From NCBI GenBank assembly GCA_030527115.1, contig JAUNBM010000002.1:4285-68284 (forward strand): a stretch of DNA of 64,000 bases. The letters run 5' to 3'. The translations under genes were made by a program, and so were the position numbers. Under the pieces are notes generated by a model. The model ran no database searches and was not told where the DNA came from. It saw only the letters and a list, made by a program, of their open reading frames with translations. Numbering within the stretch: position 1 is the first letter of the stretch; each line of letters begins with the position of its first letter. This document shows, in pieces, positions 8,850 through 18,257 of the stretch. The stretch comes from Clostridia bacterium. GTDB taxonomy: Bacteria; Bacillota; Clostridia; Christensenellales; CAG-138.

Positions 8850-10238
8850 ATGAAAAGAAGACTCATCTCAATGTTGCTGGCTGCGATTATGCTGATATCC
8901 GTATTGGCCATGGTCGGCTGCAACGCCAAGACGGCACAGGGTGTTGACAGCGAAAACCACGTAATAAACGTTGGAAACACCGCCGCCACCTCCGGCGATT
9001 TCGCCGCGGTAGGCGTACCCTTCAACTATGCTTTGGAAGCATACTTCTGGTATTTTTCCGAGCATACCGACGGCTATTCTGACGCCGACGGAAACAAGTA
9101 TACCATTGCCCTCACCCACTATGACGACGGTTTCGATGCGACAAGGGGCGTATCCTATACCGAGAGACTGGTCGAGGACGACATGGTCTTTGCGCTTGTC
9201 GGCCACTTCGGTTCCAACACCGTTGCCGCCACCGTGGACTATATCGAACAGCAGGGCATCCCGATGGTTTACGGCGTTTGCGGCGTAAACCAGCTCTACG
9301 ACTCCGAGCGTAATGTCATGAGCATCCAGCCCACCTACATGACCGAGGGCCGTTCCATGCTCGCAACCGCCTTTGCCACGACCGAGAACAATCTGGGTCT
9401 CGGCGGAACGAAGGTCGGCGTCATTGCCACGACCGACGAGGCGGGCGCAAGCATCAAGGAAGGCATCCTTGCTGAGCAGGAAGTGTTGGGCAAGGTCAGC
9501 AACACCGACATCTTCTATCAGGATGTTGACGCGGCAGCCACCGATTACAACGCCGCCGTAAACGCGCTCAAAACAGCGGGTTGCGACGTGGTCATCATTG
9601 CGGCAAACCAGGCGCCCTTTACCAACATTGCCAACGCCTTTATCACCAACAACTATGACAATGTAAAAATCCTCACCTCCTATGTTTCTGCAAACTATGC
9701 GGCAATGGGCGGGCTGTTGGCCTCCGGCGCGATTACCGAAACGAGGGAAATCTATGCGGGCGCATGGCTGGTCACCGGCTCCATGCCCTCCGACACTAAG
9801 GGCTGGACGGACTTTGTCGAGTATGCTAAGATTATGACGCTGTACGCAAAGCACAACGGAGAAACGCTCATCACCGCGGACGATCCGACCTATGGCGCAT
9901 ACCTGGGCCTGTGGTTCGCAACCGAGGATTGGGCGGCCGAGGGCGTGTCCGCATACTTCCTCAACTCCTATGCCATGGCGGGCTATGTTGCCGCCAGCGC
10001 TTTCTGCCAGGGACTTGAGAGGGTCAACGGAACCGACCTTAGCTGGGAAGGCTATATCGACGCCATGGAAGAAGCCCCCGTCAACGTTCCGATGGGAACG
10101 AGCGTAGACTTCTCCAACGGAAAGAGAATCGCCATCGACTCCCTGTCGGTCAGCAAATATACGGTTGCAAACTTCGCGGTGGGCGAGGTTTACCGGCCGA
10201 TAACCGACTTGACTACCATCGAGAACGGTGTAAACTGA
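8850..10238 (+). CDS. ABC transporter substrate-binding lipoprotein (LivJ/K-like type I periplasmic binding fold)
   Basis: Signal peptide with lipobox (LAMVGC). Position directly after livHMGF, and an SBP-like alternating composition. The ligand is not inferable. Confidence 0.75.
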   Translation: MKRRLISMLLAAIMLISVLAMVGCNAKTAQGVDSENHVINVGNTAATSGDFAAVGVPFNYALEAYFWYFSEHTDGYSDADGNKYTIALTHYDDGFDATRGVSYTERLVEDDMVFALVGHFGSNTVAATVDYIEQQGIPMVYGVCGVNQLYDSERNVMSIQPTYMTEGRSMLATAFATTENNLGLGGTKVGVIATTDEAGASIKEGILAEQEVLGKVSNTDIFYQDVDAAATDYNAAVNALKTAGCDVVIIAANQAPFTNIANAFITNNYDNVKILTSYVSANYAAMGGLLASGAITETREIYAGAWLVTGSMPSDTKGWTDFVEYAKIMTLYAKHNGETLITADDPTYGAYLGLWFATEDWAAEGVSAYFLNSYAMAGYVAASAFCQGLERVNGTDLSWEGYIDAMEEAPVNVPMGTSVDFSNGKRIAIDSLSVSKYTVANFAVGEVYRPITDLTTIENGVN

Positions 10239-10254
10239 TTTCAATTCAAACAAT

Positions 10255-10281
10255 GGGGAGAGGGCAGTGCGCCCTCTCTCC
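10255..10281 (+). terminator. GC-rich stem-loop after the binding-protein gene (possible intra-operon attenuator or mRNA stabiliser)
   Basis: GGGGAGAGGGC-AGTGC-GCCCTCTCTCC pairs over 8-10 bp. No downstream T-run, so it is not a canonical terminator. Confidence 0.3.
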
Positions 10282-10305
10282 GAATAACGGATACGGAGAA
10301 CGAAA

Positions 10306-11193
10306 ATGATTGCTTTCAACAAAAAAACCATCCAACTTTCCAACGAAGAATACGCCTATCTGGACATAGGCCAAGGTGAGCCAATCATTTTGGTTCACGG
10401 CAACATGAGCAGTTCTGTGCATTATATGCCGCTTATCGAACGGCTCCAGGGAGAATACAGATGCGTCGCCCCGGACTTGCGCGGCTTTGGCGACAGCTCG
10501 TACAACCACGAGTTCTCCTCGATGAAGGAGCTTGCGGAGGACTTATACGAGTTTATGCAGGCGATAAAGATTGAAAGAGCGCGCTTTGTGTGCTGGTCGG
10601 CGGGCTGTCCCGTAACGTTGCAACTTGCATCAGAGCATCCCGAGGCCGTGGAAGCAATCTTCGCCATAGAAGGCGGTTCCTGCCACGGATACCCCATCTA
10701 CAAGAAGAATAAAGAATTTATCAGCGTGTACGGCTCCGCCTATAACAGCAAGGCCGAGATGGCGGCGGATCCCGTGCAGGTTGCTCCCATGTTAAACATA
10801 CTTGCTTCAAAGTCTGCGGCGGCCATGACAGCCGTCTGGGACTCCGTGATATACACGGTAAACAAGCCCGAAAAGGCCGACAACGAAGTCTATATAAACG
10901 AAACTCTTAAACAGCGTTGCCTTTTAGATTTGGACTGGGCGCTTGCAAATGTCAATATGTTCGACAAGCAAAACGCCTACAGTGCGGGAGATAACAGCAT
11001 TGCCAAGGTTAAATGCCCCTGTGCCTTCACGATGGCGGACAAGGATTTATCCGTTCCCGACTGGATGGTTATGGAGAACGTCAACGCCATCAAGGGTTCC
11101 AAGCTCATCGCCTATGTCGATTGCGGGCATTCGCCGCTTGTGGACTGTCCGGACGCTTTGGCGAGGGACGTAAAAGAGTTCTTCAGCGAATAA
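10306..11193 (+). CDS. Alpha/beta-fold hydrolase
   Basis: The ILVHGN oxyanion region, a nucleophile elbow CWSAG (variant of GxSxG) and the C-terminal GHSP His motif are typical of the fold. Confidence 0.75.
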   Translation: MIAFNKKTIQLSNEEYAYLDIGQGEPIILVHGNMSSSVHYMPLIERLQGEYRCVAPDLRGFGDSSYNHEFSSMKELAEDLYEFMQAIKIERARFVCWSAGCPVTLQLASEHPEAVEAIFAIEGGSCHGYPIYKKNKEFISVYGSAYNSKAEMAADPVQVAPMLNILASKSAAAMTAVWDSVIYTVNKPEKADNEVYINETLKQRCLLDLDWALANVNMFDKQNAYSAGDNSIAKVKCPCAFTMADKDLSVPDWMVMENVNAIKGSKLIAYVDCGHSPLVDCPDALARDVKEFFSE

Positions 11194-11209
11194 CAACGAG
11201 GAGATTAAA

Positions 11210-12520
11210 ATGGCAAAGAATATAACCCTTCAGCAAGCGCTCGACCTTATACAGGACGGCGATTACATAGTAACGGGCATGGCGGCGGCGGAACCCCTTG
11301 CGTTCTGCTCTGCCCTGCATACGATAGCGCCCCGCCTTCAAAAGGGCGTTTTAGTTACCAACTGCTTGCCCATGAAGCCCTATGAGTACATCAACAACCC
11401 CGAATACAGGGACAAGTTCGAGGTAGAGGGATGGTTTTTTGACGGTGGAATGAGAAGGAGCTTTCCAAACGGTGGCATCTCCTTCATCCCCAACAACCTC
11501 CACTTTGCGGGTAGCAAGCGTTTGGAGCGCAGAGCCGCCGACGTGACCGTGGTCAGCGCCTCCATGCCGGACAAGCACGGCTATGTTTCCGTCGCCCTGT
11601 CCAACGTTTATGAGATGGAGCATCTGCGCAAATCCCGCATATCCATTTTGGAGATCAACCCCAACATTCCCCGCGTTTTCGGTGACGTCGAAATACACTT
11701 GGACGATATAGACTATGTTGTGGAGTGCGATTACGAGGCGCCCGAGATTCCCGAAGGCACCTGCACCGAAAAGGACATGGTTATTGGCAGGTACGTTGCA
11801 GAGCTGATAAACGACGGCGACTGCATTCAGGTAGGAATAGGCGGCATCCCCGACGCGGTGGTGGCAAGCCTTTACGGCAAGAAGAACCTCGGCGTTCATA
11901 CCGAGATGATGACAACGGGCATTATGAAGCTCGCCAAGGCGGGCGTTGTAAACGGCAGGTGCAAACAGCTCCACCCCAACAAGATAGTCTGCTGTTTTGC
12001 GGCCGGCACGAAGGAGCTTTACCGCTATATCGACGACAACCCCTCGATAATGGTGCTAAGCGGCGCCTACGTCAACAACCCCTATGTAATCATGCAAAAC
12101 GACAACCAAGTTTCGATAAACACGACCTTAGAGATAGACCTTACGGGGCAGTGCTGTTCGGAGTCTTTGGGTAGCCGTCAGTTTTCCGGAACCGGTGGGC
12201 AGAGCGACACCGCCATAGGCGCAAAGCTCAGTAAAAACGGCAGGAGCTTTATCGCCCTGTATTCCACCGCGATGATTAAAAACCCCCGAACAGGCGAGCG
12301 TGAGGAAAAGAGCAAGATAGTGGCCCAGCTTACGGCGGGCGCCGCGGTATCGCTTTCGCGCAACGACCTTGATTATTTGGTTACCGAGTACGGTTGCGTA
12401 AACCTCACCGGAACGAGCATAAGGGAGAGGGTCGAAAAGATTATCTCCGTTGCGCACCCGAAGTTCCGCGAACAGCTTTGGGAGGACGCCTATAAGGCGG
12501 GAATCGTGATAAGGAGATAG
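11210..12520 (+). CDS. Acetyl-CoA hydrolase/transferase family protein (4-hydroxybutyrate / short-chain acyl-CoA:acetate CoA-transferase-like)
   Basis: Size of 436 aa plus conserved stretches (VQVGIGGIPDAV, GVHTEM, SINTTLEIDLTGQ, GTGGQ) characteristic of the Cat/AbfT family. Confidence 0.85.
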   Translation: MAKNITLQQALDLIQDGDYIVTGMAAAEPLAFCSALHTIAPRLQKGVLVTNCLPMKPYEYINNPEYRDKFEVEGWFFDGGMRRSFPNGGISFIPNNLHFAGSKRLERRAADVTVVSASMPDKHGYVSVALSNVYEMEHLRKSRISILEINPNIPRVFGDVEIHLDDIDYVVECDYEAPEIPEGTCTEKDMVIGRYVAELINDGDCIQVGIGGIPDAVVASLYGKKNLGVHTEMMTTGIMKLAKAGVVNGRCKQLHPNKIVCCFAAGTKELYRYIDDNPSIMVLSGAYVNNPYVIMQNDNQVSINTTLEIDLTGQCCSESLGSRQFSGTGGQSDTAIGAKLSKNGRSFIALYSTAMIKNPRTGEREEKSKIVAQLTAGAAVSLSRNDLDYLVTEYGCVNLTGTSIRERVEKIISVAHPKFREQLWEDAYKAGIVIRR

Positions 12521-12522
12521 CG

Positions 12523-13338
12523 ATGGAATTTCTGTTCCAAGGCAAAAAAATTCACTACAAGACCTTTGGAGAGGGCAAGCCCATAGTCCTTCTAAACGGC
12601 ATTATGATGAGTATCAACAGCTGGGCGCCCTTTGTCGAGGCGCTTTCGGCGGACAATCAGCTTATTTTACTGGACTTTTTGGATCAGGGCCACAGTCAAA
12701 GGATGACGGAGCCCTACACGCAGGATTTGCAGGCCGAGGTTTTAAACGCGCTTTTGGAGCAACTTAATTTGGAAAGGGCAAGCGTCGCGGGCATATCCTA
12801 CGGCGGCGAGGTGGCGATAAAGTTTGCCATAGCCCATCCCGAAAAGCTGGACAGGCTCTTGCTTTTTAACACCACGGCAAAGACCTCCGACTGGTTGCGG
12901 GACATAGGGCGGGGCTGGAACCTCGTGGGACAGAGCGGGAACGGGGAGGCGTATTACGACATTACAATCCCCGTAATCTATTCCTCCGGCTTCTACCAAA
13001 GGGAGATAGAATGGATGAAGCGCAGGGAGCGTCAGCTAATTCCGGTGTTCTCCGATGCAAACTGGCAGGCCGCGATGAAACGCCTTGTGGACAGCGCCGA
13101 AAGCCACGACTGCGTCAAGGATTTGGGCAAGATTGCCGCGCCCACGCTCGTGGTTACCTGCACCGAGGACACGTTGGTGCCGCGGGTGGAACAGGATGTG
13201 CTTGCAAAAGGGATTAAAAACAGTTACTATGTATCCGTGATAGGTTCGGGTCATGCAAGTATGTACGAACAGCCCCTGCTCTTTGCGGCGCTGGTTCTGG
13301 GCTTTGTGAACGCCTGCACGACAGAGTTCAAAATATAA
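12523..13338 (+). CDS. Alpha/beta-fold hydrolase
   Basis: VLLNG, nucleophile elbow GISYGG, and the C-terminal GSGHASM His motif. Confidence 0.8.
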   Translation: MEFLFQGKKIHYKTFGEGKPIVLLNGIMMSINSWAPFVEALSADNQLILLDFLDQGHSQRMTEPYTQDLQAEVLNALLEQLNLERASVAGISYGGEVAIKFAIAHPEKLDRLLLFNTTAKTSDWLRDIGRGWNLVGQSGNGEAYYDITIPVIYSSGFYQREIEWMKRRERQLIPVFSDANWQAAMKRLVDSAESHDCVKDLGKIAAPTLVVTCTEDTLVPRVEQDVLAKGIKNSYYVSVIGSGHASMYEQPLLFAALVLGFVNACTTEFKI

Positions 13339-13348
13339 GGGGACAGCT

Positions 13349-13897
13349 ATGAATATTTGGCATGACATATCCAGGGAGCGAATCAACTCGGACGACTTTA
13401 TCGCCGTTATCGAGATTGTCAAGGGTAGCAAAAAGAAGTACGAGCTGGACAAGGAAACGGGGCTTTTGGTGCTGGATCGCGTGTTGTATACGTCCACGCA
13501 CTATCCTGCAAACTACGGGCTGATTCCGAGAACCTATGCCGACGATAACGACCCGCTGGACGTTTTGGTCATTTGCAGTGAGGCGCTCGACCCCCTTGTC
13601 ATGGTGCGATGCTACCCGATAGGCGTTATCAGCATGATGGACAGCGGCAAGATGGATGAAAAGATTATCGCCGTGCCGTTTTCCGACCCGATGTATAACG
13701 GCTACAAGGATATTTGCGAACTGCCCGTCCACATCTTCGACGAGATAAAGCACTTTTTCCTGACCTATAAGCAGCTTGAGGGCAAGGAGACCGCCGTGGA
13801 TGAGGTGCAAAATGCCGAGGTCGCCCGAACGATCATCCAGCGCGCAATCGACAGCTACGACGCCAAGTTCCAAAAGCATTACAAATACATAGGCTGA
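13349..13897 (+). CDS. ppa: Inorganic pyrophosphatase (family I)
   Basis: IEIVKGSKKKYELDKETG, YPANYGLIP and DDNDPLDVLV are family I PPase signatures. Confidence 0.9.
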   Translation: MNIWHDISRERINSDDFIAVIEIVKGSKKKYELDKETGLLVLDRVLYTSTHYPANYGLIPRTYADDNDPLDVLVICSEALDPLVMVRCYPIGVISMMDSGKMDEKIIAVPFSDPMYNGYKDICELPVHIFDEIKHFFLTYKQLEGKETAVDEVQNAEVARTIIQRAIDSYDAKFQKHYKYIG

Positions 13898-14155
13898 GTT
13901 AAAGCCCCTTACCGAGCGATATATTAAGACCAATCCGTAGAGCAATAAGACCGTTCACCTTCGTGGGCGGTCTAAAAAATTACAAACTCCTTCAAATCAC
14001 GTCGAAATATAATAGTATTTATTATTTTGGCACAAGAATGTTACAAGTCATTGTTAAACTTAATTTAAGACAGCAGGATCTAATTTTGAAGGAAAACGGA
14101 ATATTAAGTCGGGTTGATTCGTCAAAAAAGCGAAGTATCGCGGAAAGGGCATCAT

Positions 14156-15616
14156 ATGAAACGTTTATCGACCGTATTGTTGGCATTTTTAATACTTTTC
14201 ACCTTAGCGTGCCAGCCCACGCCGGAGGAGGATATTGTTGTAAACAAGGGCGAGGGTGATATGCGTGACGTCGTGCAGGATGCGCCCGCTGAAAACTCGT
14301 TGGATGGCATGGCCGGCGATACAGCGGCGTCCATGCAGGTCAGCTCTCTCTATGCCCGCCTGAACGCCCCCGAATATTGGACGATGGAGAACACCGATGC
14401 AGGCTTTTTGATAGTCGCAGAGGAGGCGCCTGTAATTCTGCCGCTTGCGGACAAGTTGCCCGTGGCGGAAGCGGAGCTTCGTTCCTTTACGCAGGAGGAC
14501 ATCGACAGGGTCGCAAGCGTTCTGTTCGAGGGCAAGGATGTAAAGTGGCACGAGAACATACGCGTTACAAAGGAGCAACTGATGGAGGACATTCTTTACT
14601 CCCAGGAGCGGTTGACCCTGGCAGAGGAGGGCGGCAGGGAGGAGAGCTACATTCAGCATTGGCGGGACAGGGTTAATGAGTATCAGGAACAATATCTCGC
14701 CGCGCCCTACGAGGCGGATTTGAAGCAGATTGACCTCAGTATCACCACCATACCCAATGAATACCGTGAGGACTGCCAAGGCGTATCCGCAGACGCAACG
14801 ATCGACGGGGACGCGTGGACGTTTTACGCAAGGACGGGTAAGGGGAACTATATTCGAGCGGAAATAAGCACTTACAGCAGTATGTGCCTGGATGAGCCTT
14901 ACAAGGTTCAGTTGTCCAAGGAGGACGCAATAAGACAGGCGAGCGAGCTGGTGGCACAGATAACCGATGAATTAACCGTCTGCCATGCTTCTCCCGTTGC
15001 AACGCCGAAGGAGCAGACCGAAAGGAACTGGGGCTGGCAGGTGATATTCATGCGGGGCATCAACGGTGTGCCCACAGCCTATGCTTCAGAGCAGATAGGC
15101 GGGGACATGGATACAACGGTGAGCGAACCTGTCGGCTATGAGCAACTGACCGTAGTGTTGGACGACAAGGGGCTTTGCTCGTTTTCATGGCACAGACCTA
15201 TGCAAATTACGGGTTTTGTCAGCGCCAATGCCGAACTTCTGTCCTTTGACGAGGTTGCGCGGCGAGCCATAGAGCATATCGCGGCTCGATGGAAATACAA
15301 CGCCGATACGGACAAGGACATACGCATAATGATTACTCGTGTTGAACTGGGACTGTGGCGAATTGCCAACCGCAATGGCGGCTACTATTTCGTTCCCGTG
15401 TGGCACTTCTTCTCCGATGCCGAGCATTCCAAGGAGTATTATGAAAGCAACTACGGCGAAGGGAAATGGGAGGACAGAAAGACCGTTATTATGCGTGAGG
15501 TTGAAGATTCCGACGGCGACATCAGCGGAGGCATGACCGGAGACCCATATGCGTGGGGTTCGATAACCGTCAACGCCATCGACGGGAGCATAATAGATAA
15601 GGACAAAGGCTATTAA
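14156..15616 (+). CDS. Lipoprotein of unknown function (paralogue A)
   Basis: MKRLSTVLLAFLILFTLAC lipobox followed by QPTPEE. Start set at the ATG at 14156 (GGAAAGGG RBS) rather than the track start at 14114. Paralogous to 15638-17107. Confidence 0.65.
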   Translation: MKRLSTVLLAFLILFTLACQPTPEEDIVVNKGEGDMRDVVQDAPAENSLDGMAGDTAASMQVSSLYARLNAPEYWTMENTDAGFLIVAEEAPVILPLADKLPVAEAELRSFTQEDIDRVASVLFEGKDVKWHENIRVTKEQLMEDILYSQERLTLAEEGGREESYIQHWRDRVNEYQEQYLAAPYEADLKQIDLSITTIPNEYREDCQGVSADATIDGDAWTFYARTGKGNYIRAEISTYSSMCLDEPYKVQLSKEDAIRQASELVAQITDELTVCHASPVATPKEQTERNWGWQVIFMRGINGVPTAYASEQIGGDMDTTVSEPVGYEQLTVVLDDKGLCSFSWHRPMQITGFVSANAELLSFDEVARRAIEHIAARWKYNADTDKDIRIMITRVELGLWRIANRNGGYYFVPVWHFFSDAEHSKEYYESNYGEGKWEDRKTVIMREVEDSDGDISGGMTGDPYAWGSITVNAIDGSIIDKDKGY

Positions 15617-15637
15617 TCCAACGGAAAGGAGTATCCA

Positions 15638-17107
15638 ATGAAGAAACTTACCCTAATCCTAATTGCCCTGATACTTCTCACCGCGTGCCAGCCCACGCCG
15701 GAGGATGAGATAGTCATCCAGCGTAGCGACGCGGATGGCGAAACGGGCGGCGAAATTGTGCCGCCGCCGGAGTTTCCGGCTACCATTCAGGGGACGGCGA
15801 GCTTTGAAGCGGACGGCGTGCCTACGGAGCTTGTGGTCGATGCCGAGGTAAAAACTTACGATTCTGCGGGCTATTTCCGCTGTCCCATTGAGATAGTTCC
15901 CTATTCGAACGAGGTTAAAAAGAGCTTTGTAAGCGCCTGTGTTTCGGACGCCGAGGTGTTTTCGGACAGTCCCAGCAGGGGTGTGACGAGGGATATGCTA
16001 AACCGTCAGCTGGAGTTTTATGTGTCGCTTCTCGACGAAAGCAATCCGCGGTGGGAGTATTTATTTGAAGTTCGAGAAGAAAAAGACCCGGAAGCACTCA
16101 TGGATTACGGCAAGGGGGAAATCGAGCTTTCCATTCAAAGGGTTCAGGAGAGGCTTCTCACCGCTACGGAGCAAATAGAGGGAACGAGGGCGGACTTGGA
16201 TAACCTTTCAAGCCCCGCAGAGCTGTGTGCGGACACGGGGAATATGTACCCCGCCCTAATTTGGCTAACCCCACAGGACAACAACACGGAAACCTATGCC
16301 TTAATGTCGGGCGCTACGGGCGGCAATCCGTCATTCGCTATCAATTCCCAAATAATGGAGCTGTATAACAGCTATGACATTTCAATCGATATTTCCATGG
16401 ACGACGCAAGGGCTGTGGCGGACGAGTTCGTAAGCAAGATCAATGGGGTAAACCTGATTTTTGCAGGCGAGGGAAAGGATTACATCTACGATTTTTCCTA
16501 TCCGTTCAACGAATGGGGAGCTTCGGCAACCTATGTGTTTGTCTATGTTCCGCAGGTGAACGGCGTGCCGCTGAACTATGTCGATATCGAGTATTTAATG
16601 GAACAAACGAGATGGGAGCTGCGGTTTCCCGAAGGCATGGTGAATTCGCCCGTTTATCAAAACTACCTGTATGTCTTTGTAAACGATTACGGGATCAACT
16701 GTGTTTCGTGGCGCCACGCAGCCGAATACAGGATAATTGAGGAATCCAAAACCGCCGTGTCCTTGCTTTCCTTCGACGAGGTTATGGAAATTTTCTATCG
16801 TCATATCGAGTACGGCACAAACTTTTGCAGTACGAATAGCTCCAAGCTTTCAAAATCTTCCCGCCAGACTCTTGAAATCGACCAAATCACCTTAGGTTAT
16901 GCGCTTGTCCGTTCGGGAACGGGGGCAAACGACTTTGAACTCATACCCGTGTGGGACTTCTACGGAAGGATGCACGAGGTCTACGACAATCCGGGTCAGA
17001 TAATGACCGAGGAGGACGGCACCCGTTACGAAACCACGCTCGGCAGAAGCTATCTTACGATAAACGCAATAGACGGCACGATAATCGACCGGGTGCGGGG
17101 CTATTAA
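15638..17107 (+). CDS. Lipoprotein of unknown function (paralogue B)
   Basis: MKKLTLILIALILLTAC lipobox plus QPTPED. It shares with paralogue A the C-terminal blocks IPVWDFYG / VPVWHFF and TINAIDGTIIDRVRGY / TVNAIDGSIIDKDKGY. Confidence 0.65.
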   Translation: MKKLTLILIALILLTACQPTPEDEIVIQRSDADGETGGEIVPPPEFPATIQGTASFEADGVPTELVVDAEVKTYDSAGYFRCPIEIVPYSNEVKKSFVSACVSDAEVFSDSPSRGVTRDMLNRQLEFYVSLLDESNPRWEYLFEVREEKDPEALMDYGKGEIELSIQRVQERLLTATEQIEGTRADLDNLSSPAELCADTGNMYPALIWLTPQDNNTETYALMSGATGGNPSFAINSQIMELYNSYDISIDISMDDARAVADEFVSKINGVNLIFAGEGKDYIYDFSYPFNEWGASATYVFVYVPQVNGVPLNYVDIEYLMEQTRWELRFPEGMVNSPVYQNYLYVFVNDYGINCVSWRHAAEYRIIEESKTAVSLLSFDEVMEIFYRHIEYGTNFCSTNSSKLSKSSRQTLEIDQITLGYALVRSGTGANDFELIPVWDFYGRMHEVYDNPGQIMTEEDGTRYETTLGRSYLTINAIDGTIIDRVRGY

Positions 17108-17167
17108 AGAAGAAACGAAGCTGAAAGAGGAGCGGTAAGCCCCAATCCGCATGAGCTCGCTCCTATT

Positions 17168-17356
17168 TCATTTGCCCGCCATTTTTTGCAGTTCCTCTAT
17201 GGAAACGGTAAGGTTTTCCTTTGCGAACACATAATTATCCGTGTCCGAAGGGCTTGCCTTTCGATAGACGCCATCCTCCTGCTTATACAGCTTGCCATCG
17301 GTAGCGCCGATCACATCATACAGCGTTCCGCCGGCCTCGGGCGGATTCCTTGGCAA
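17168..17356 (-). CDS. Questionable small ORF (62 aa, TTG start)
   Basis: The composition looks protein-like, but I could find no Shine-Dalgarno sequence and no ATG start. It abuts the stop of the upstream gene. Confidence 0.2.
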   Translation of the reverse strand: MPRNPPEAGGTLYDVIGATDGKLYKQEDGVYRKASPSDTDNYVFAKENLTVSIEELQKMAGK

Positions 17357-17358
17357 AC

Positions 17359-18024
17359 TTATTTTACCGCCAGCAGGTAGCTTTCATCGAGCCGGCGGTA
17401 TAGTTCGTTTTGCGGGACGGAGCCGTCTAGCAGGAGGGTATACCAGCTTCGTTTGTTCATGTGATAACCGGGGAAATACTTTTCTCCGAGAGGAAGCAGG
17501 GACAGCTCCTCCGGGCGAATTCTAAGGTCGATGATTTCCGCCGTCTCGTCGGAATCAATGCCGAGCTTGCGCTTGGAGACGGTAAGCAACGCGGCATACC
17601 ACTTGCCGGTATCCTTCCTGCGAAAGACGGCGTTGGTGGGGAGCTTTTGCCACAAAAACTCCGGCTCGTCCCCATAGGTTCGCCTAACATGGGCTATCAG
17701 CTCCTTGGCGCAGTCCGACTTAAAAACGTCCGGCTCGAAGCAGTCCCCGGCAATCCTTTCAAGGGTCGCTTCAATCTCGGCGCGGATCAGCCCCACCAGC
17801 GCGCCGCTCGCCGTCGGCGCACGGTAGAGGAGATATTCGTCTCCGCCATCCCGGTCGATAACCTTCGTTTCAACCCTGCCGCCGTCCGCAATGCTCACGG
17901 TCAGCAAAAACTGCCCGTTTGCAATCTCGGTATGATAGTGGTAGAAGCCGTCCGCCTTTGAGAAGCCGAAGGACTGAAGCCGCTCATAGTCCGGCTTTTT
18001 TAGCCTGAACAGGTTTTCGTGCAA
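17359..18024 (-). CDS. MmcQ/YjbR-family domain protein
   Basis: The C-terminal KWYAALLTVSKRKLG...IDLRIRPEE...PGYHMNKRSWYTLLLDG resembles the YjbR fold family. Start set at TTG 18022-18024, 8 nt after GGAGG and downstream of a promoter at 18073-18101. The upstream part of the track ORF overlaps that promoter. Confidence 0.6.
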   Translation of the reverse strand: MHENLFRLKKPDYERLQSFGFSKADGFYHYHTEIANGQFLLTVSIADGGRVETKVIDRDGGDEYLLYRAPTASGALVGLIRAEIEATLERIAGDCFEPDVFKSDCAKELIAHVRRTYGDEPEFLWQKLPTNAVFRRKDTGKWYAALLTVSKRKLGIDSDETAEIIDLRIRPEELSLLPLGEKYFPGYHMNKRSWYTLLLDGSVPQNELYRRLDESYLLAVK

Positions 18025-18072
18025 GTCGATTGCCTCCGTTTCCGATAAGTCCCTTAATCCTTTCAGCTCCTT

Positions 18073-18101
18073 AGTATAGCAGAGCGTAGCACGGTTGACA
18101 A
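18073..18101 (-). promoter_or_regulatory. Sigma-A-type promoter (TTGTCA-17-TATACT) for the YjbR-like gene
   Basis: Hexamers read on the minus strand with a 17-nt spacer, located just downstream of two terminators. Confidence 0.5.
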
Positions 18102-18127
18102 CTGAGAACGGGGAAAACCCGCCGGAC

Positions 18128-18162
18128 AAAAAAAGAAGCCGCAAAGTCGAAACGATTGCGGC
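18128..18162 (-). terminator. Intrinsic terminator (second of a tandem pair) ending the radical-SAM/peptide/kinase operon
   Basis: On the minus strand, GCCGCAA-11 nt-TTGCGGC is followed by TTCTTTTTTT. Confidence 0.55.
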
Positions 18163-18221
18163 AGGCGCGTTTAAATGGATGGGCAAAAGAGCGGAAGAGC
18201 TTATAACCGCCATGCCGCGAA

Positions 18222-18246
18222 TTGAAAAGGGCGGCAAAACGCCGCC
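18222..18246 (-). terminator. Intrinsic terminator (first of a tandem pair) after the kinase-PqqD gene
   Basis: On the minus strand, GGCGGC-GTTTT-GCCGCC is followed by CTTTTC, 12 nt after the stop codon. Confidence 0.5.
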
Positions 18247-18257
18247 GATAAGCTTTC

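Noticed and set aside
8868-10343. A 491-aa ORF antisense to the binding-protein gene. Similar long antisense ORFs occur at 26-583(+), 1588-2415(-), 5907-7106(-), 25892-26932(+), 43071-44342(-), 45118-46074(-), 53332-54708(-), 58044-59948(+), 60606-61319(+) and 61320-62276(+).
   Set aside because: In each case the opposite strand encodes a protein with unmistakable family motifs. The antisense translations are R/G/A/H/P-rich low-complexity strings without RBSs, the usual artefact of open antisense frames in GC-rich coding DNA.
13898-13975. A hairpin GACCGTTCAC-CTTC-GTGGGCGGTC after ppa as a terminator.
   Set aside because: On the plus strand the stem is followed by an A-run rather than a T-run, and it includes two G-U pairs. 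It may still stabilise the transcript, but it is not a canonical intrinsic terminator.
13963-14259. A 98-aa ORF in the AT-rich intergenic region upstream of lipoprotein A.
   Set aside because: It has no SD. It overlaps the signal-peptide-encoding start of the lipoprotein gene in another frame, and its AT-rich composition is typical of a promoter region.
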